Positions 20,092 through 30,211 of a stretch of 58,466 nt of DNA are shown one piece after another. The notes beneath the pieces were generated by a model. That model was not told where the DNA came from. It was given only the letters and a program-made list of their open reading frames with translations, and ran no database searches. The translations under genes and the position numbers were made by a program. The stretch spans positions 1 through 58,466 of the forward strand of contig CANRLE010000002.1 of the NCBI GenBank assembly GCA_947631385.1, read 5' to 3'. The DNA is from an uncultured Clostridia bacterium. Its GTDB lineage: Bacteria; Bacillota; Clostridia; TANB77; CAG-508. Numbering within the stretch: the stretch's first letter is position 1; each line of letters begins with the position of its first letter.

Positions 20092-21270
20092 ATGAGAAAA
20101 GTAAAAGAAATAATGATAAAAGTATTTAAATATTATAATTATATTTATCAGAGTATTTTTAATAAAGTATTACAAAAAAGAAGAAAAAAAAGAAATATAT
20201 TGTTGTATTGTGTATCTTCTACAATGGAACCCCATTTGATGGACTATTACAAATGTATAAAGAAATTACAAAATACAAATATATATTTATATTATAATAA
20301 TATAAGCAATAAAAAAATAGAAGATTTTAAAAAATATATAGAAAATGAAACTAGAATAACGTATTTAAAAAATAAATTACTGGCGAGAATCAAACATTAT
20401 GATTTAGTAGTATCAGCTGATTTGGCATTACCTTTTAGATTTAATAAGTATGCAATACCATGTTTATTTGTTAATCATGGATTACATATTATATCTTTTG
20501 ATGAGGAGCGAAATTTATATACTTATGGTAAAAATTGTTTAGATGATAAAAATAATATAATGTTTACTAAAATGCTAGAATCTAATTCTAGAATTGCGAA
20601 AGAAGTTATTAAAGACAATAACAGTTTTGCTAATATTATTGAGCCTGTAGGGTATAAATTTGCAGAGGAAATAAAATCAAATAAAGTGAAATATGAAGAA
20701 TATCGAAAAAAATTAAATGTACATAAAGACGAAAAGTTAGTATTAGTTTTTGGAAGTTATAATTCTACTAGTTTATTCCATGTAATTGGAAAAAAACTAA
20801 TTGATGAAGCAAAAGAAATAATGAATAAAGACAAATATAAATTTATTCTATCTATTCATCCATTAGAATATCAAAAATATAGTGAAAATATTCAGCCACT
20901 AGGTGAATGGATTGAAAGTCAGAAAAAATATGGCTTTATAGTAAGAAATCCAAAAGAAGACTATATACCTTATTTAATATCAAGTGATATAGTAATATGT
21001 GATTATTCATCTTTGTGTGAAGCAACATTAATTGCTAATAAACCATTAATATTAAGTGAATTTGATAGAAATAGAGTTTCTAAATATTCTATTGAAGATA
21101 AAATTATGAATATTGTACCTATTTTTACAAAAGAAAAATCATTAAAAGAAATGTTAAAAAATATTAAAACACAAAATTTAAATAAGTATGTTCAAGAAAT
21201 AGATGTAACAAGAAATGAGTATGAACAAAAAGTGCTTTCTATAACTAAGGAGTTGTTAAATTTAAAATGA
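20092..21270 (+). CDS. CDP-alcohol (glycerol/ribitol-phosphate type) phosphotransferase, TagB/TagF-like
   Basis: C-terminal SIHPLEY...YLISSDIVICDYSSLCEATLIANKPLIL resembles the Glyphos_transf signature (HP...sDllITDYSSv.fE...l.kPii). Confidence 0.55.
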   Translation: MRKVKEIMIKVFKYYNYIYQSIFNKVLQKRRKKRNILLYCVSSTMEPHLMDYYKCIKKLQNTNIYLYYNNISNKKIEDFKKYIENETRITYLKNKLLARIKHYDLVVSADLALPFRFNKYAIPCLFVNHGLHIISFDEERNLYTYGKNCLDDKNNIMFTKMLESNSRIAKEVIKDNNSFANIIEPVGYKFAEEIKSNKVKYEEYRKKLNVHKDEKLVLVFGSYNSTSLFHVIGKKLIDEAKEIMNKDKYKFILSIHPLEYQKYSENIQPLGEWIESQKKYGFIVRNPKEDYIPYLISSDIVICDYSSLCEATLIANKPLILSEFDRNRVSKYSIEDKIMNIVPIFTKEKSLKEMLKNIKTQNLNKYVQEIDVTRNEYEQKVLSITKELLNLK

Positions 21271-22808
21271 GAAAATTTAATTCTATAAAAAATATCATAT
21301 ATGGTGTGCTGGGACAAGTTATTTTAATATTTTCAAAATTTATTACAAATAAAATTTTTATAAATATGCTAACAGTTGAATATTTAGGAGTTAATAGTTT
21401 ATTTACTAATATATTATCTATTTTAAATATATCGGAGTTAGGAATTTCTACAGCTGTTTCATTTTCATTATATAAAGAGCTGGCAAATAAGGATGAAAAA
21501 AATATAAGCGCAATAATGAATTTTTATAAGAGAGCATATTTTATTGTAGGGTGTATTATATTAGTATTAGGATTAATAATACTTCCTTTTATACAAAACT
21601 TTATTAATACAGATACAGTTATTCCATATTTAAGATTAATTTTTATTTTATATTTATTACAATCAATAGTTTCATATTGGTTTTATGCATATAAGTCTAC
21701 AATTTTGATAGCAGATCAAAAGCAATATATAGTAACTAATAGACAGAATTTATTATCTGTATTAACAAATATTTTACAAATTATTATATTGATATGCTTT
21801 AAGTCTTTCATATTTTATGTTATAATAGGAGTTGTATTTAATATATTAAAAAATTTAGTAATTGCTCGTAAAGTAGATAAAGAATATCCTTTTCTAAAAA
21901 ATGGTAAGAAAGAAAAAGTAGGTGAGAAACAAAAAAAGGCATTATATAAACAAATAATTGGAGTTTCTACTTATAAAATTAGTGGAACAGTCTTGAATTC
22001 TACTGATAATATTATAATATCTAAATTTATCAATATAGCTACTACTGGAATTTATTCTAGTTATTTATTGATAGCATCAGCTATCTCTAATATAGCTAAT
22101 ACAATTTTCAATGCGATGACAGCAAGTATAGGAAATTTAAATGCAACAGAAACAAAAGAAAAAAATGAATTTATATTTAAGTGTCTATCATTTATGAATT
22201 TTTGGGTATTTGGATTTTGTGCAATTTGTTTATTAGTGCTATATAATCCGTTTATAACTATCTGGTTAGGAAACGAATACACATTTAATATATATATAGT
22301 TATTCTTATTGTATTTAATTTTTTGACAGATGGACTAAATCAAGTAGTTACAATATATAAAGATGCTTGTGGAGTTTGTTGGCAAGGAAAGTTTAGACCT
22401 ATTGTAAGTGCAACTTTAAATTTAGTGATATCCATAATATTAGTGCAATATATTGGAGTTGCAGGTGTTATTTTAGGAACAATTTTAAGTAGATTTCTTT
22501 CAACATGGTGGTATGATTCTAGACTTATATACAAAAATGTATTTGAAAAAAACGTAGTATGCTATTATAAAAAATATTTGAAAAATTTATTAATTATTAT
22601 TTTATGTGGGTTAATATGCTATAAGCTATCAACGATTATAGTTTTGAATAATGAAATTTTTAATTTTATTGTTGATTGTATAATTTGTATAATTATACCA
22701 AATATACTATTTTATATATTTTTTAAAAATACAGAAGAATTTAAATATTTATCTAATATTGTGAAAGATTTTGTACAGAAGAAATTGAATTTTATTTCAA
22801 AAACATAA
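21267..22808 (+). CDS. Wzx/MOP-family polysaccharide flippase (full length)
   Basis: 513 aa with about 12-14 TM segments and typical MOP-family architecture. The start overlaps the upstream stop. Confidence 0.8.
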   Translation: MRKFNSIKNIIYGVLGQVILIFSKFITNKIFINMLTVEYLGVNSLFTNILSILNISELGISTAVSFSLYKELANKDEKNISAIMNFYKRAYFIVGCIILVLGLIILPFIQNFINTDTVIPYLRLIFILYLLQSIVSYWFYAYKSTILIADQKQYIVTNRQNLLSVLTNILQIIILICFKSFIFYVIIGVVFNILKNLVIARKVDKEYPFLKNGKKEKVGEKQKKALYKQIIGVSTYKISGTVLNSTDNIIISKFINIATTGIYSSYLLIASAISNIANTIFNAMTASIGNLNATETKEKNEFIFKCLSFMNFWVFGFCAICLLVLYNPFITIWLGNEYTFNIYIVILIVFNFLTDGLNQVVTIYKDACGVCWQGKFRPIVSATLNLVISIILVQYIGVAGVILGTILSRFLSTWWYDSRLIYKNVFEKNVVCYYKKYLKNLLIIILCGLICYKLSTIIVLNNEIFNFIVDCIICIIIPNILFYIFFKNTEEFKYLSNIVKDFVQKKLNFISKT

Positions 22809-22847
22809 TTGCATTGATATATAATAAATAAAAGGGAGGATAATTGT

Positions 22848-23990
22848 ATGAAAAAAATGAATGAAATTGAGCAAGTTATTATACTTGCAGCTGGGCGCAG
22901 CCGTAGGATGGAACACTTAAGCAAAAGTAAACCTAAATGCTTATTAGAATATAATGAAGAAATAATATTATGCAGATTAATTAGACAAATTAAATCATAT
23001 GGAATAAAGAAAATTGTAGTAACGATAGGATATAGAGCTGATTTAATGAAACAACTATTTAAAAATGATGAAGATGTTATATTGGTAGAAAATAAGTTAT
23101 ATGAAGAAGATGTTAATATTCAATCAATGAATTTAGCATTGTCTAAAATAGATGGACCTTGTGTTATTTTTGAAGCAGATACTCTAATGGAAGATGATTT
23201 GGTTAAATATGTTTTAGGATCAGATTTCGAAGGAAAATCAGTATGGTTCACTAAAGGTAAATTTGTTAATCCGCAATATGGAGGAATATTAAAGTCTGAT
23301 AAATATGGTAATGTGACTGATATAAAGATAATTCCAACTTATCAATCAAATTATGAAGATTATTCAAAACTATCAGGGTTAATGAGAATTGGAAAGAATG
23401 AAATAGAAACATTCAAGCAATTAGTATCAAAATATGCTAAATCTACAATAAAGCAGTATTACTTAGTTCCATGGATTGAAAATTTAGAACTATTAAAGTG
23501 TGAAGAAGCAGATATTAGCCAGTTTGAATTTTTTACATTTAATAAGCCAGAGGAATATTATCAAGTTATAAATAGAAAGATTGGAGTATTGCAAGATACA
23601 CCACCTGTAGAATACATAGATATAGAAAAATTAAAACCAATTGAAAACTTTGATATAAACAGAGTAAATGAATTAGAAGAAAAAATTAAAAAGGACAAAT
23701 ATTGGACAGTACCTTTAATAGTTGAAAATAAATATAATATGATACTAGATGGACATCATAGATTTGAGGTAGCAAAACGTTTAAAACTAAAACGAGTACC
23801 AGCTATAATTGTTGATTATAATGATATAATGGTTTGGTCTTTGAGAAAAGAGATAAAAGTTTCACAAAGTATAGTTAAAAGAAAAGTTATTAACCAAAAA
23901 TCAATTTATCCATATAAAACAGTTAAGCATAAATATAATTTTAATATTCCAGTATTAAAAAATGTATTAATAGATAAGGAGCTAAAATAA
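22848..23990 (+). CDS. Fusion protein: LicC/MobA-like nucleotidyl(cytidylyl)transferase plus a C-terminal ParB/Srx-fold domain
   Basis: The N-terminal part (VIILAAGRSRRM...KPKCLL...VVTIGYRADL...VIFEADTL...YLVPWIENL) is colinear with LicC-type enzymes. The C-terminal part (IDIEKLKPIENF...LEEKIKKDKYWTVPLIV...MILDGHHRFEVAKRLKLKRVPAIIVDY) is a ParB N-terminal/sulfiredoxin-like motif. Confidence 0.65.
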   Translation: MKKMNEIEQVIILAAGRSRRMEHLSKSKPKCLLEYNEEIILCRLIRQIKSYGIKKIVVTIGYRADLMKQLFKNDEDVILVENKLYEEDVNIQSMNLALSKIDGPCVIFEADTLMEDDLVKYVLGSDFEGKSVWFTKGKFVNPQYGGILKSDKYGNVTDIKIIPTYQSNYEDYSKLSGLMRIGKNEIETFKQLVSKYAKSTIKQYYLVPWIENLELLKCEEADISQFEFFTFNKPEEYYQVINRKIGVLQDTPPVEYIDIEKLKPIENFDINRVNELEEKIKKDKYWTVPLIVENKYNMILDGHHRFEVAKRLKLKRVPAIIVDYNDIMVWSLRKEIKVSQSIVKRKVINQKSIYPYKTVKHKYNFNIPVLKNVLIDKELK

Positions 23991-25195
23991 TGATACAAAT
24001 AAGATCTATCACTTATAATATGCCTAAAAATATAGTAGAAGAGAATGGTAAAAAAATAAAAGAAAATATATCGTTATGGGAAAAGCAATCATTTTTTATA
24101 AGAACTAAACGAATAAGTTGTACACCTGTATATGAAAGTATATCTAAAGAACAAATTGATATTGTAAAAAAAATATGTGATGAATGTGATATTAGATGGT
24201 TTAATATTCCCATTAATCCATGGAAAGCAAAAAATAGAAAAGCACTATTCAGATTTGCATATAATGTATTAAAAACATATAATCAAGCTTTTGTTAATAT
24301 TCTATGCATAAAAAATCAGGAACTTGATTTTGATATAATTAATGATTCTATAAGGCTTACACAGTTAACCAGTACAATTAGTAGTAATGGAAAAGATAAT
24401 TTTAGATTAGGAATATCTACTAATATTGAACCTAATTGTCCTTTTTTTCCTTTTTCATTTTCATCAGGAGAATTTTCTTTTTCAATTGCATTAGAATTAA
24501 CACAAGAAATTAATTCTATTATAAAAGAAAATTATAGATTAGATTTAAATAAATTGAGAGATGCTATTATATCAACTATAGTTCCTCAAATTAAACAAAT
24601 AGAACTAACAGCAAATGAAATATCTGAAAAAACAGGTTTAAAATTTATGGGATTTGATTTTTCACTAGCTCCAATAATTGATGAAAATGGAAGTGTAATA
24701 ACTATATTAAAGCATTTAGGAATAAATGAGTTTGGAAAGAATGGAACTATGTTTGCCACAGCATATTTGACGAATATTCTAAAATCTTTTGGAAATTATT
24801 TTAAACATGTTGGATTTTCGGGAGTTATGTATTCTTTACTTGAAGATTTAGAATTGTGTAAAATAAACAATAATATAGGAGTAAATTTAGAGGATTTAAT
24901 AAAATTATCAACAATGTGTGGATGCGGAGTAGATATGGTTCCAATTGCAAGTGATGTGAAAGATGATGAAATTAGGTCTATTATTCTAGATGTAGCTGCA
25001 ATTTCATGTAGATTAAACAAACCATTAGGAATAAGATTATTGCCAATACCTAGAACTAAAAATGGACAAGAGTCATATACAAATTTTAATGAAGATGCGG
25101 ATTTTATATCAAATACTAAAATTATAGATATATGTAATAATTGCATAATAGACAATGACATACAGACGTTTAAATTATTGAAATTAAACGATTAG
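23990..25195 (+). CDS. DUF711 / UPF0210 family protein (function unknown)
   Basis: IRSITYNM at the N-terminus. GFDFSLAPI...GSVITILKHLG...GTMFATAYLTN...FSGVMYSLLED...LSTMCGCGVDMVPI...DVAAIS...LGIRLLPIP is colinear with UPF0210 proteins such as pneumococcal SP_0239, recalled from memory. Confidence 0.6.
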   Translation: MIQIRSITYNMPKNIVEENGKKIKENISLWEKQSFFIRTKRISCTPVYESISKEQIDIVKKICDECDIRWFNIPINPWKAKNRKALFRFAYNVLKTYNQAFVNILCIKNQELDFDIINDSIRLTQLTSTISSNGKDNFRLGISTNIEPNCPFFPFSFSSGEFSFSIALELTQEINSIIKENYRLDLNKLRDAIISTIVPQIKQIELTANEISEKTGLKFMGFDFSLAPIIDENGSVITILKHLGINEFGKNGTMFATAYLTNILKSFGNYFKHVGFSGVMYSLLEDLELCKINNNIGVNLEDLIKLSTMCGCGVDMVPIASDVKDDEIRSIILDVAAISCRLNKPLGIRLLPIPRTKNGQESYTNFNEDADFISNTKIIDICNNCIIDNDIQTFKLLKLND

Positions 25196-25348
25196 ATGTA
25201 TTAAATAATTACTAAATGAAACAAATAAAATTATTAAATTAAGAAAGCTTGAGGATAGTCCAACACTATTTTTCAGGCTTTATAAATTTGAAAAAAGCTG
25301 ATTTTTGTATATTTTGATATCTAACTTTATGAAAATTTATGAAAAATA

Positions 25349-25377
25349 TTGTGTAATTTTGCTAAATGTAGTATAAT
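25349..25377 (+). promoter_or_regulatory. Sigma-A-type promoter (TTGTGT-17 nt-TATAAT) for the FkbH-MBOAT operon
   Basis: Read directly in the 238-nt intergenic gap. A GGAGG RBS and GTG start follow at 25434. Confidence 0.5.
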
Positions 25378-25433
25378 AGGTGAGCAACATAATTTAATGT
25401 TGTAAAAATTATTTATTATATGGAGGAATAATA

Positions 25434-27215
25434 GTGAAACAGTTAGAATATCCATTTGATGAAAATTATTTAATAAAAAATAAGAAAAAAATAAAAAAAG
25501 AGTTACTACAAAAAGATGATTTAATAGAAAAAAACATAGCAATATTAGGAGGTTCAACTACTAGTGAAATAAAAAATATGTTAGAAATATTTTTACTAAA
25601 TTATGGAATTAAGCCCAATTTTTATGAATCAGAATATAATAAATTTTATGAAGATGCTATATTTGGAAATGAAGAGTTAGATAATTTTAAACCTGATATT
25701 ATATACATTCATACTACTAATAGAAATATTATGGAATATCCTAATATGTATGATGATGAAAATACAATTGTTGACAAACTTAATATGGAATATGAAAAAT
25801 TTAAAAAAATTTGGGATAAACTTTTTTCTAAATTTGATAGTACAATCATTCAAAATAATTTCGAATATCCATATTATAGATTATTAGGAAATAAAGATGC
25901 GGTTGATATTCATGGAAAGACGAATTTTATTACAAAGCTAAATCAAAAATTTTATGATTATGCAAATGTGACAAAAAATTTCTTTATTAATGATATTAAT
26001 TATATATCTTCTTGTTATGGCTTAGATAGATGGGCAAATCAATTTTATTGGCATATGTATAAGTATGCAATGGAAGTGCCAGCAATTCCATATTTATCAT
26101 TCAATTTAGCAAACATTATAAAATCAATATATGGAAAAAATAAAAAAGCACTAGTTTTAGATTTAGATAATACTTTATGGGGAGGAATAGTTGGAGATGA
26201 TGGAGTAGAAAATTTAGCTATAGGTCCAGAAGTACCAAGTGGACAAGTTTTTTCAGAATTTCAAAATTATTTAAAAGAACATAAAAATTTAGGAATTATA
26301 TTAAATGTAAACTCTAAAAATGAATATGAAAATGCAATTGCAGGACTTAATCATCCAGCAGGAACATTAAAACCAGATGATTTTATAATAATAAAAGCAA
26401 ATTGGAATCCAAAAAATTTAAATATAAAAGATATAGCAGAAGAATTAAATTTAGGAGCAGACAGTTTCGTATTTGTTGATGATAATCCGGCAGAAAGAAA
26501 AATAGTACAAAATTATATAGAAGGAATAGCTACGCCAGAAATAGATATACCAGAGAATTATATAAAAATAATAGATCACAATGGATATTTTGAAGTAACA
26601 AACTTTTCAAATGAAGACTTAAAGAAAAACGAATTATATAAAGATAATGCTAAAAGAAGCCAAATGATGGCGACATTTGATAATTATGAAGATTATCTAT
26701 TGTCATTAAAAATGAAAGCAGAAATAACAACATTTAAACCAATATATTTGGAAAGAATATCACAATTAAGCAACAAAAGTAATCAATTCAACTTAACAAC
26801 TAAAAGATATTCTTTAGCAGATATAGAAGCAGTAAATAATGATGACAATTATATAAAACTATATGGAAAATTAGAAGATATATTTGGAGATAATGGAGTT
26901 ATAACTGTTGTAATAGGAAATATAAAAAACAAAGATGAATTGCACATCGATTTATGGATAATGAGCTGTAGAGTTTTAAAAAGAAATATGGAATTTGCAA
27001 TGATGGACATGTTAGTAAAAAAAGCGCAGGAAAAAGGAATAAAAACTATATATGGATATTATTACCCAACAGCTAAAAATAAAATGGTTAATAATTTTTA
27101 CGATTTGCAGGGATTCGAAGAGATTTCTTGCGATGAGAAAGGAAATAAAAAATATAAGTTAGATATATCTAAGGGATATACTAATAAAAATAATGTAATA
27201 GAGGTGAATGAATGA
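25434..27215 (+). CDS. FkbH-like / HAD-superfamily subfamily IIIC enzyme (carrier-protein loading phosphatase-acyltransferase)
   Basis: Hallmark LVLDLDNTLWGGIVGDDGVENLAIG, then FVDDNPAER, then a GNAT-like C-terminus (NQFNLTTKRYS...WIMSCRVLKRNME). Confidence 0.8.
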   Translation: MKQLEYPFDENYLIKNKKKIKKELLQKDDLIEKNIAILGGSTTSEIKNMLEIFLLNYGIKPNFYESEYNKFYEDAIFGNEELDNFKPDIIYIHTTNRNIMEYPNMYDDENTIVDKLNMEYEKFKKIWDKLFSKFDSTIIQNNFEYPYYRLLGNKDAVDIHGKTNFITKLNQKFYDYANVTKNFFINDINYISSCYGLDRWANQFYWHMYKYAMEVPAIPYLSFNLANIIKSIYGKNKKALVLDLDNTLWGGIVGDDGVENLAIGPEVPSGQVFSEFQNYLKEHKNLGIILNVNSKNEYENAIAGLNHPAGTLKPDDFIIIKANWNPKNLNIKDIAEELNLGADSFVFVDDNPAERKIVQNYIEGIATPEIDIPENYIKIIDHNGYFEVTNFSNEDLKKNELYKDNAKRSQMMATFDNYEDYLLSLKMKAEITTFKPIYLERISQLSNKSNQFNLTTKRYSLADIEAVNNDDNYIKLYGKLEDIFGDNGVITVVIGNIKNKDELHIDLWIMSCRVLKRNMEFAMMDMLVKKAQEKGIKTIYGYYYPTAKNKMVNNFYDLQGFEEISCDEKGNKKYKLDISKGYTNKNNVIEVNE

Positions 27216-27460
27216 TGGAAAATCAAGAAATTTATGAAAGGTTAAACAATGTTTTTAGAGATATATTTGATGACGAAAGCATTGTAGTAAAACCAGAAAC
27301 AACATCTAATGATATTGAAGATTGGGATAGCTTGGAACATATCAATTTAGTTGTTGCAGTAGAGCAAGAATTTGGAATGAAATTTAACATGAACGAAGTA
27401 ACAACAATGAAAAATGTTGGAGACATGGTGAAAATTATTCTTGAGAGAAAGACTAAATAG
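27212..27460 (+). CDS. Acyl/peptidyl carrier protein (DltC/ACP-like)
   Basis: 82 aa and acidic. EDWDSLEHINLVVAVEQEFG carries the DSL phosphopantetheine-Ser motif. The start overlaps the FkbH stop. Confidence 0.8.
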   Translation: MMENQEIYERLNNVFRDIFDDESIVVKPETTSNDIEDWDSLEHINLVVAVEQEFGMKFNMNEVTTMKNVGDMVKIILERKTK

Positions 27461-27483
27461 AAAAATGAAAGTGAGAAAGTGAA

Positions 27484-27906
27484 ATGAACGAATACAAATT
27501 TGAAGACATAAAAATTGGAATGGAAGAACAATTTCAAGTTTCTATTACTGATAAAATGGTACAGTCATTCCGTGAAATAACAGGAGATATTAATCCTTTA
27601 CATAACGATTTAGAGTATGTAAAATCTAAGGGCTATAACCAAAAAGTTATTTATGGAATGCTTACTTCCTCATTTTTGTCAACTTTAGCAGGAGTATATA
27701 TTCCAGGTAAATATAGTCTTATACATAGTGTAGAGATCTTATTTAAAAAACCTGTATTCATTTCAAGTAGTCCTTTAACAATAAAAGGAAAAGTAACAGA
27801 AATAAATGATGTATTTAAATGCTTTACAATGAATGTAGAAATTTTAAATAATAAAAATGAAAAAGTATTAAGAGGAAAAATGAAAGTAGGAGTTATAAAT
27901 GAGTGA
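27484..27906 (+). CDS. MaoC-like (R-hydratase/dehydratase) hot-dog fold protein
   Basis: FREITGDINPLHNDLEYVK...VIYGML is the MaoC dehydratase motif (D-x-N-P-x-H). 140 aa. Confidence 0.75.
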   Translation: MNEYKFEDIKIGMEEQFQVSITDKMVQSFREITGDINPLHNDLEYVKSKGYNQKVIYGMLTSSFLSTLAGVYIPGKYSLIHSVEILFKKPVFISSSPLTIKGKVTEINDVFKCFTMNVEILNNKNEKVLRGKMKVGVINE

Positions 27907-28633
27907 GAAAGTATTATTAGTAACAGGTGCATCTTCAGATATAGGAGTAAGTCTAATAAATAAAGTAAATAAAGATTATGAGTATATTATTGCGCATCAT
28001 AACAGTGATGCTAATAATTTAGTAGAACTTAAAGAAAAACTAGGAGAAAAATTAATTCTTATAAAAGGAAATTTTAAAGATGAAGGTGCAACATATAAAT
28101 TTGTAGAAGATATTAAAGAAATTGGAAAAATACCAACACATATTGTGCATTTACCAGCAGGAAAAATTGAAAATTTAAAATTTCCTAAATTAACATGGGA
28201 TAAATTTCAAGACGATTTAAATATAGCACTTCGTTCGTTAGTTATTATTTTAAATAGTTTTTTACCAATTATGGCTAAAAATAAATGTGGGAAAATAATT
28301 ATTATGCTAACTTCTTATACAACCAATATTCCTCCTAAATATTTAGCAAGCTATGTGACTTCCAAATATGCTCTATTAGGACTATTGAAAGCACTTGCAA
28401 ATGAGTATTCTGATAAAGGAATAAGAATTAATGGTATTTCTCCGTCTATGATAGAAACAAAATTTTTAAAAGACATTCCAGAATTAATTATAAAGCAAAA
28501 TGCAATGAATAGTCCAACTGGAAAGAATTTATCAATAGATGATGTGGTTCCAATGTTTCAGTTTTTATTGTCAGAGGAAGCAGATAGTATTACTGGACAG
28601 AATATAGCAATTACTAATGGAAATATCATGTAA
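27899..28633 (+). CDS. Short-chain dehydrogenase/reductase (FabG-like SDR)
   Basis: VLLVTGASSDIG (TGxxxxxG) and catalytic YVTSKYAL (YxxxK). 244 aa. Overlaps the upstream gene. Confidence 0.8.
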   Translation: MSEKVLLVTGASSDIGVSLINKVNKDYEYIIAHHNSDANNLVELKEKLGEKLILIKGNFKDEGATYKFVEDIKEIGKIPTHIVHLPAGKIENLKFPKLTWDKFQDDLNIALRSLVIILNSFLPIMAKNKCGKIIIMLTSYTTNIPPKYLASYVTSKYALLGLLKALANEYSDKGIRINGISPSMIETKFLKDIPELIIKQNAMNSPTGKNLSIDDVVPMFQFLLSEEADSITGQNIAITNGNIM

Positions 28634-28653
28634 TAGAAGGAGGAAGAATAATT

Positions 28654-30195
28654 ATGGTTTTAACATCTTTTGTTTTCCTAATATTTTGTGTGATTACTAT
28701 ATTTATATATTATATTGTTCCAAAAAAGTTGCAGTGGTGTATTTTATTAATATCAAGTATTATTTTTTTGTTTTGGAATAATTTTAGTATATCAACAGTT
28801 ATACAAGCATTAATAGTTTTAATTCCAACTTATATTTTAGGAAGATTAATAGATAAAAATTATAATACAGAAAAAGCAAAAAAATTTTTAATTTTAGGAA
28901 TTTTAATAATTTTAGCACAATTAATTTATTTAAAATATACAAATTTATTTTTAACAACGGCTAATCATATATTTAATTTATTTAATATAGAGTATAAATT
29001 TAACCTTATATATAGAAATTCTTTGATAGGAATTAGTTATTATTCTTTAATTATGATTAGCTATTTAGTAGATATATACCGAGGAACTTGCAAAGCACAA
29101 AAAAACATATTAAAGTGTGCATTGTTTATGTCATATTTTCCAATACTTACTTCAGGACCATTTGTTAGATATGATAATATGGAAAATCAATTATATGAAA
29201 AACATAAGTTCAATTATAAAAATTTGTGTAATGGATTAATTAGAATTTTATGGGGAATGTTTAAAATATTAGTTATTTCTGAAAGATTAGGAATGATAGT
29301 AAATAGTATTTATGGAAATTTAAATGAATTTAACTTTATATTTATTTTTATGGCTGCTATTTTATTTCCTATACAATTATATACTAATTTTTCAGGTTCT
29401 ATTGATGTGATTATGGGAACATCAGAAATTATAGGAATCAAATTGCCAGAAAACTTTAGTTTACCATTTTTTTCAAGGACACTTGCAGAATTTTGGAGAA
29501 ATTGGCATATTACATTAGGGGCTTGGCTTAGGGATTATATTTTTTATCCATTACAAAAATCTAATGTTATGCAAAACCTAAACAAGAAATGCAAGAATAT
29601 ATTCGGTAAAAAAATTGCTAGAAAAATATCTATGTATCTTTCAATGATAATAATGTGGACATTAATAGGAATTTGGCATGGAGGAGCTTATACATATATA
29701 ATTGGTTCAGGATTATTACAATTTTTATTCATTTTTTTAGAAGATATATTAGGTCCAACTTCTAAAAAGATAAATAATAAATTAGGAATCAATACAGAGG
29801 TATTTAGCTATAAATTATACCAAGTAATAAGGACTTATTTGTTATTTTCTTTTGCTATGATTTTCTTTAAGGCTAATAGTGTAACTAATGCTATTGACAT
29901 TATAAGAGGGATTTTCACAATAAGTTTTAGTTCGCTATTTAGTAAAGAAAGGATTTATGCAATGATAAATAATATTGGACTAGATATGTTTGACTTCATA
30001 ATTTTAGTTGTTGCATTAATAGTATTATTTGGTATTCAATTATTAGCACGCAAAGGAAAGATTAGAGAAAAATTGTTTAATCAAAATATTGTATTTAGAT
30101 GGGTAGTTATTTATACTTTAATATTTGGAGTTATAATATTTGGATGCTATGGAGCTGGATATAATCCTACTGCTTTTATATACAGACAATTTTAA
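28654..30195 (+). CDS. MBOAT-family membrane O-acyltransferase (DltB/AlgI-like)
   Basis: Multi-TM. FWRNWHITLGAWLRDYIFYPL contains the invariant MBOAT His. 513 aa. Confidence 0.85.
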   Translation: MVLTSFVFLIFCVITIFIYYIVPKKLQWCILLISSIIFLFWNNFSISTVIQALIVLIPTYILGRLIDKNYNTEKAKKFLILGILIILAQLIYLKYTNLFLTTANHIFNLFNIEYKFNLIYRNSLIGISYYSLIMISYLVDIYRGTCKAQKNILKCALFMSYFPILTSGPFVRYDNMENQLYEKHKFNYKNLCNGLIRILWGMFKILVISERLGMIVNSIYGNLNEFNFIFIFMAAILFPIQLYTNFSGSIDVIMGTSEIIGIKLPENFSLPFFSRTLAEFWRNWHITLGAWLRDYIFYPLQKSNVMQNLNKKCKNIFGKKIARKISMYLSMIIMWTLIGIWHGGAYTYIIGSGLLQFLFIFLEDILGPTSKKINNKLGINTEVFSYKLYQVIRTYLLFSFAMIFFKANSVTNAIDIIRGIFTISFSSLFSKERIYAMINNIGLDMFDFIILVVALIVLFGIQLLARKGKIREKLFNQNIVFRWVVIYTLIFGVIIFGCYGAGYNPTAFIYRQF

Positions 30196-30211
30196 GGAGG
30201 GAAATTATGTA

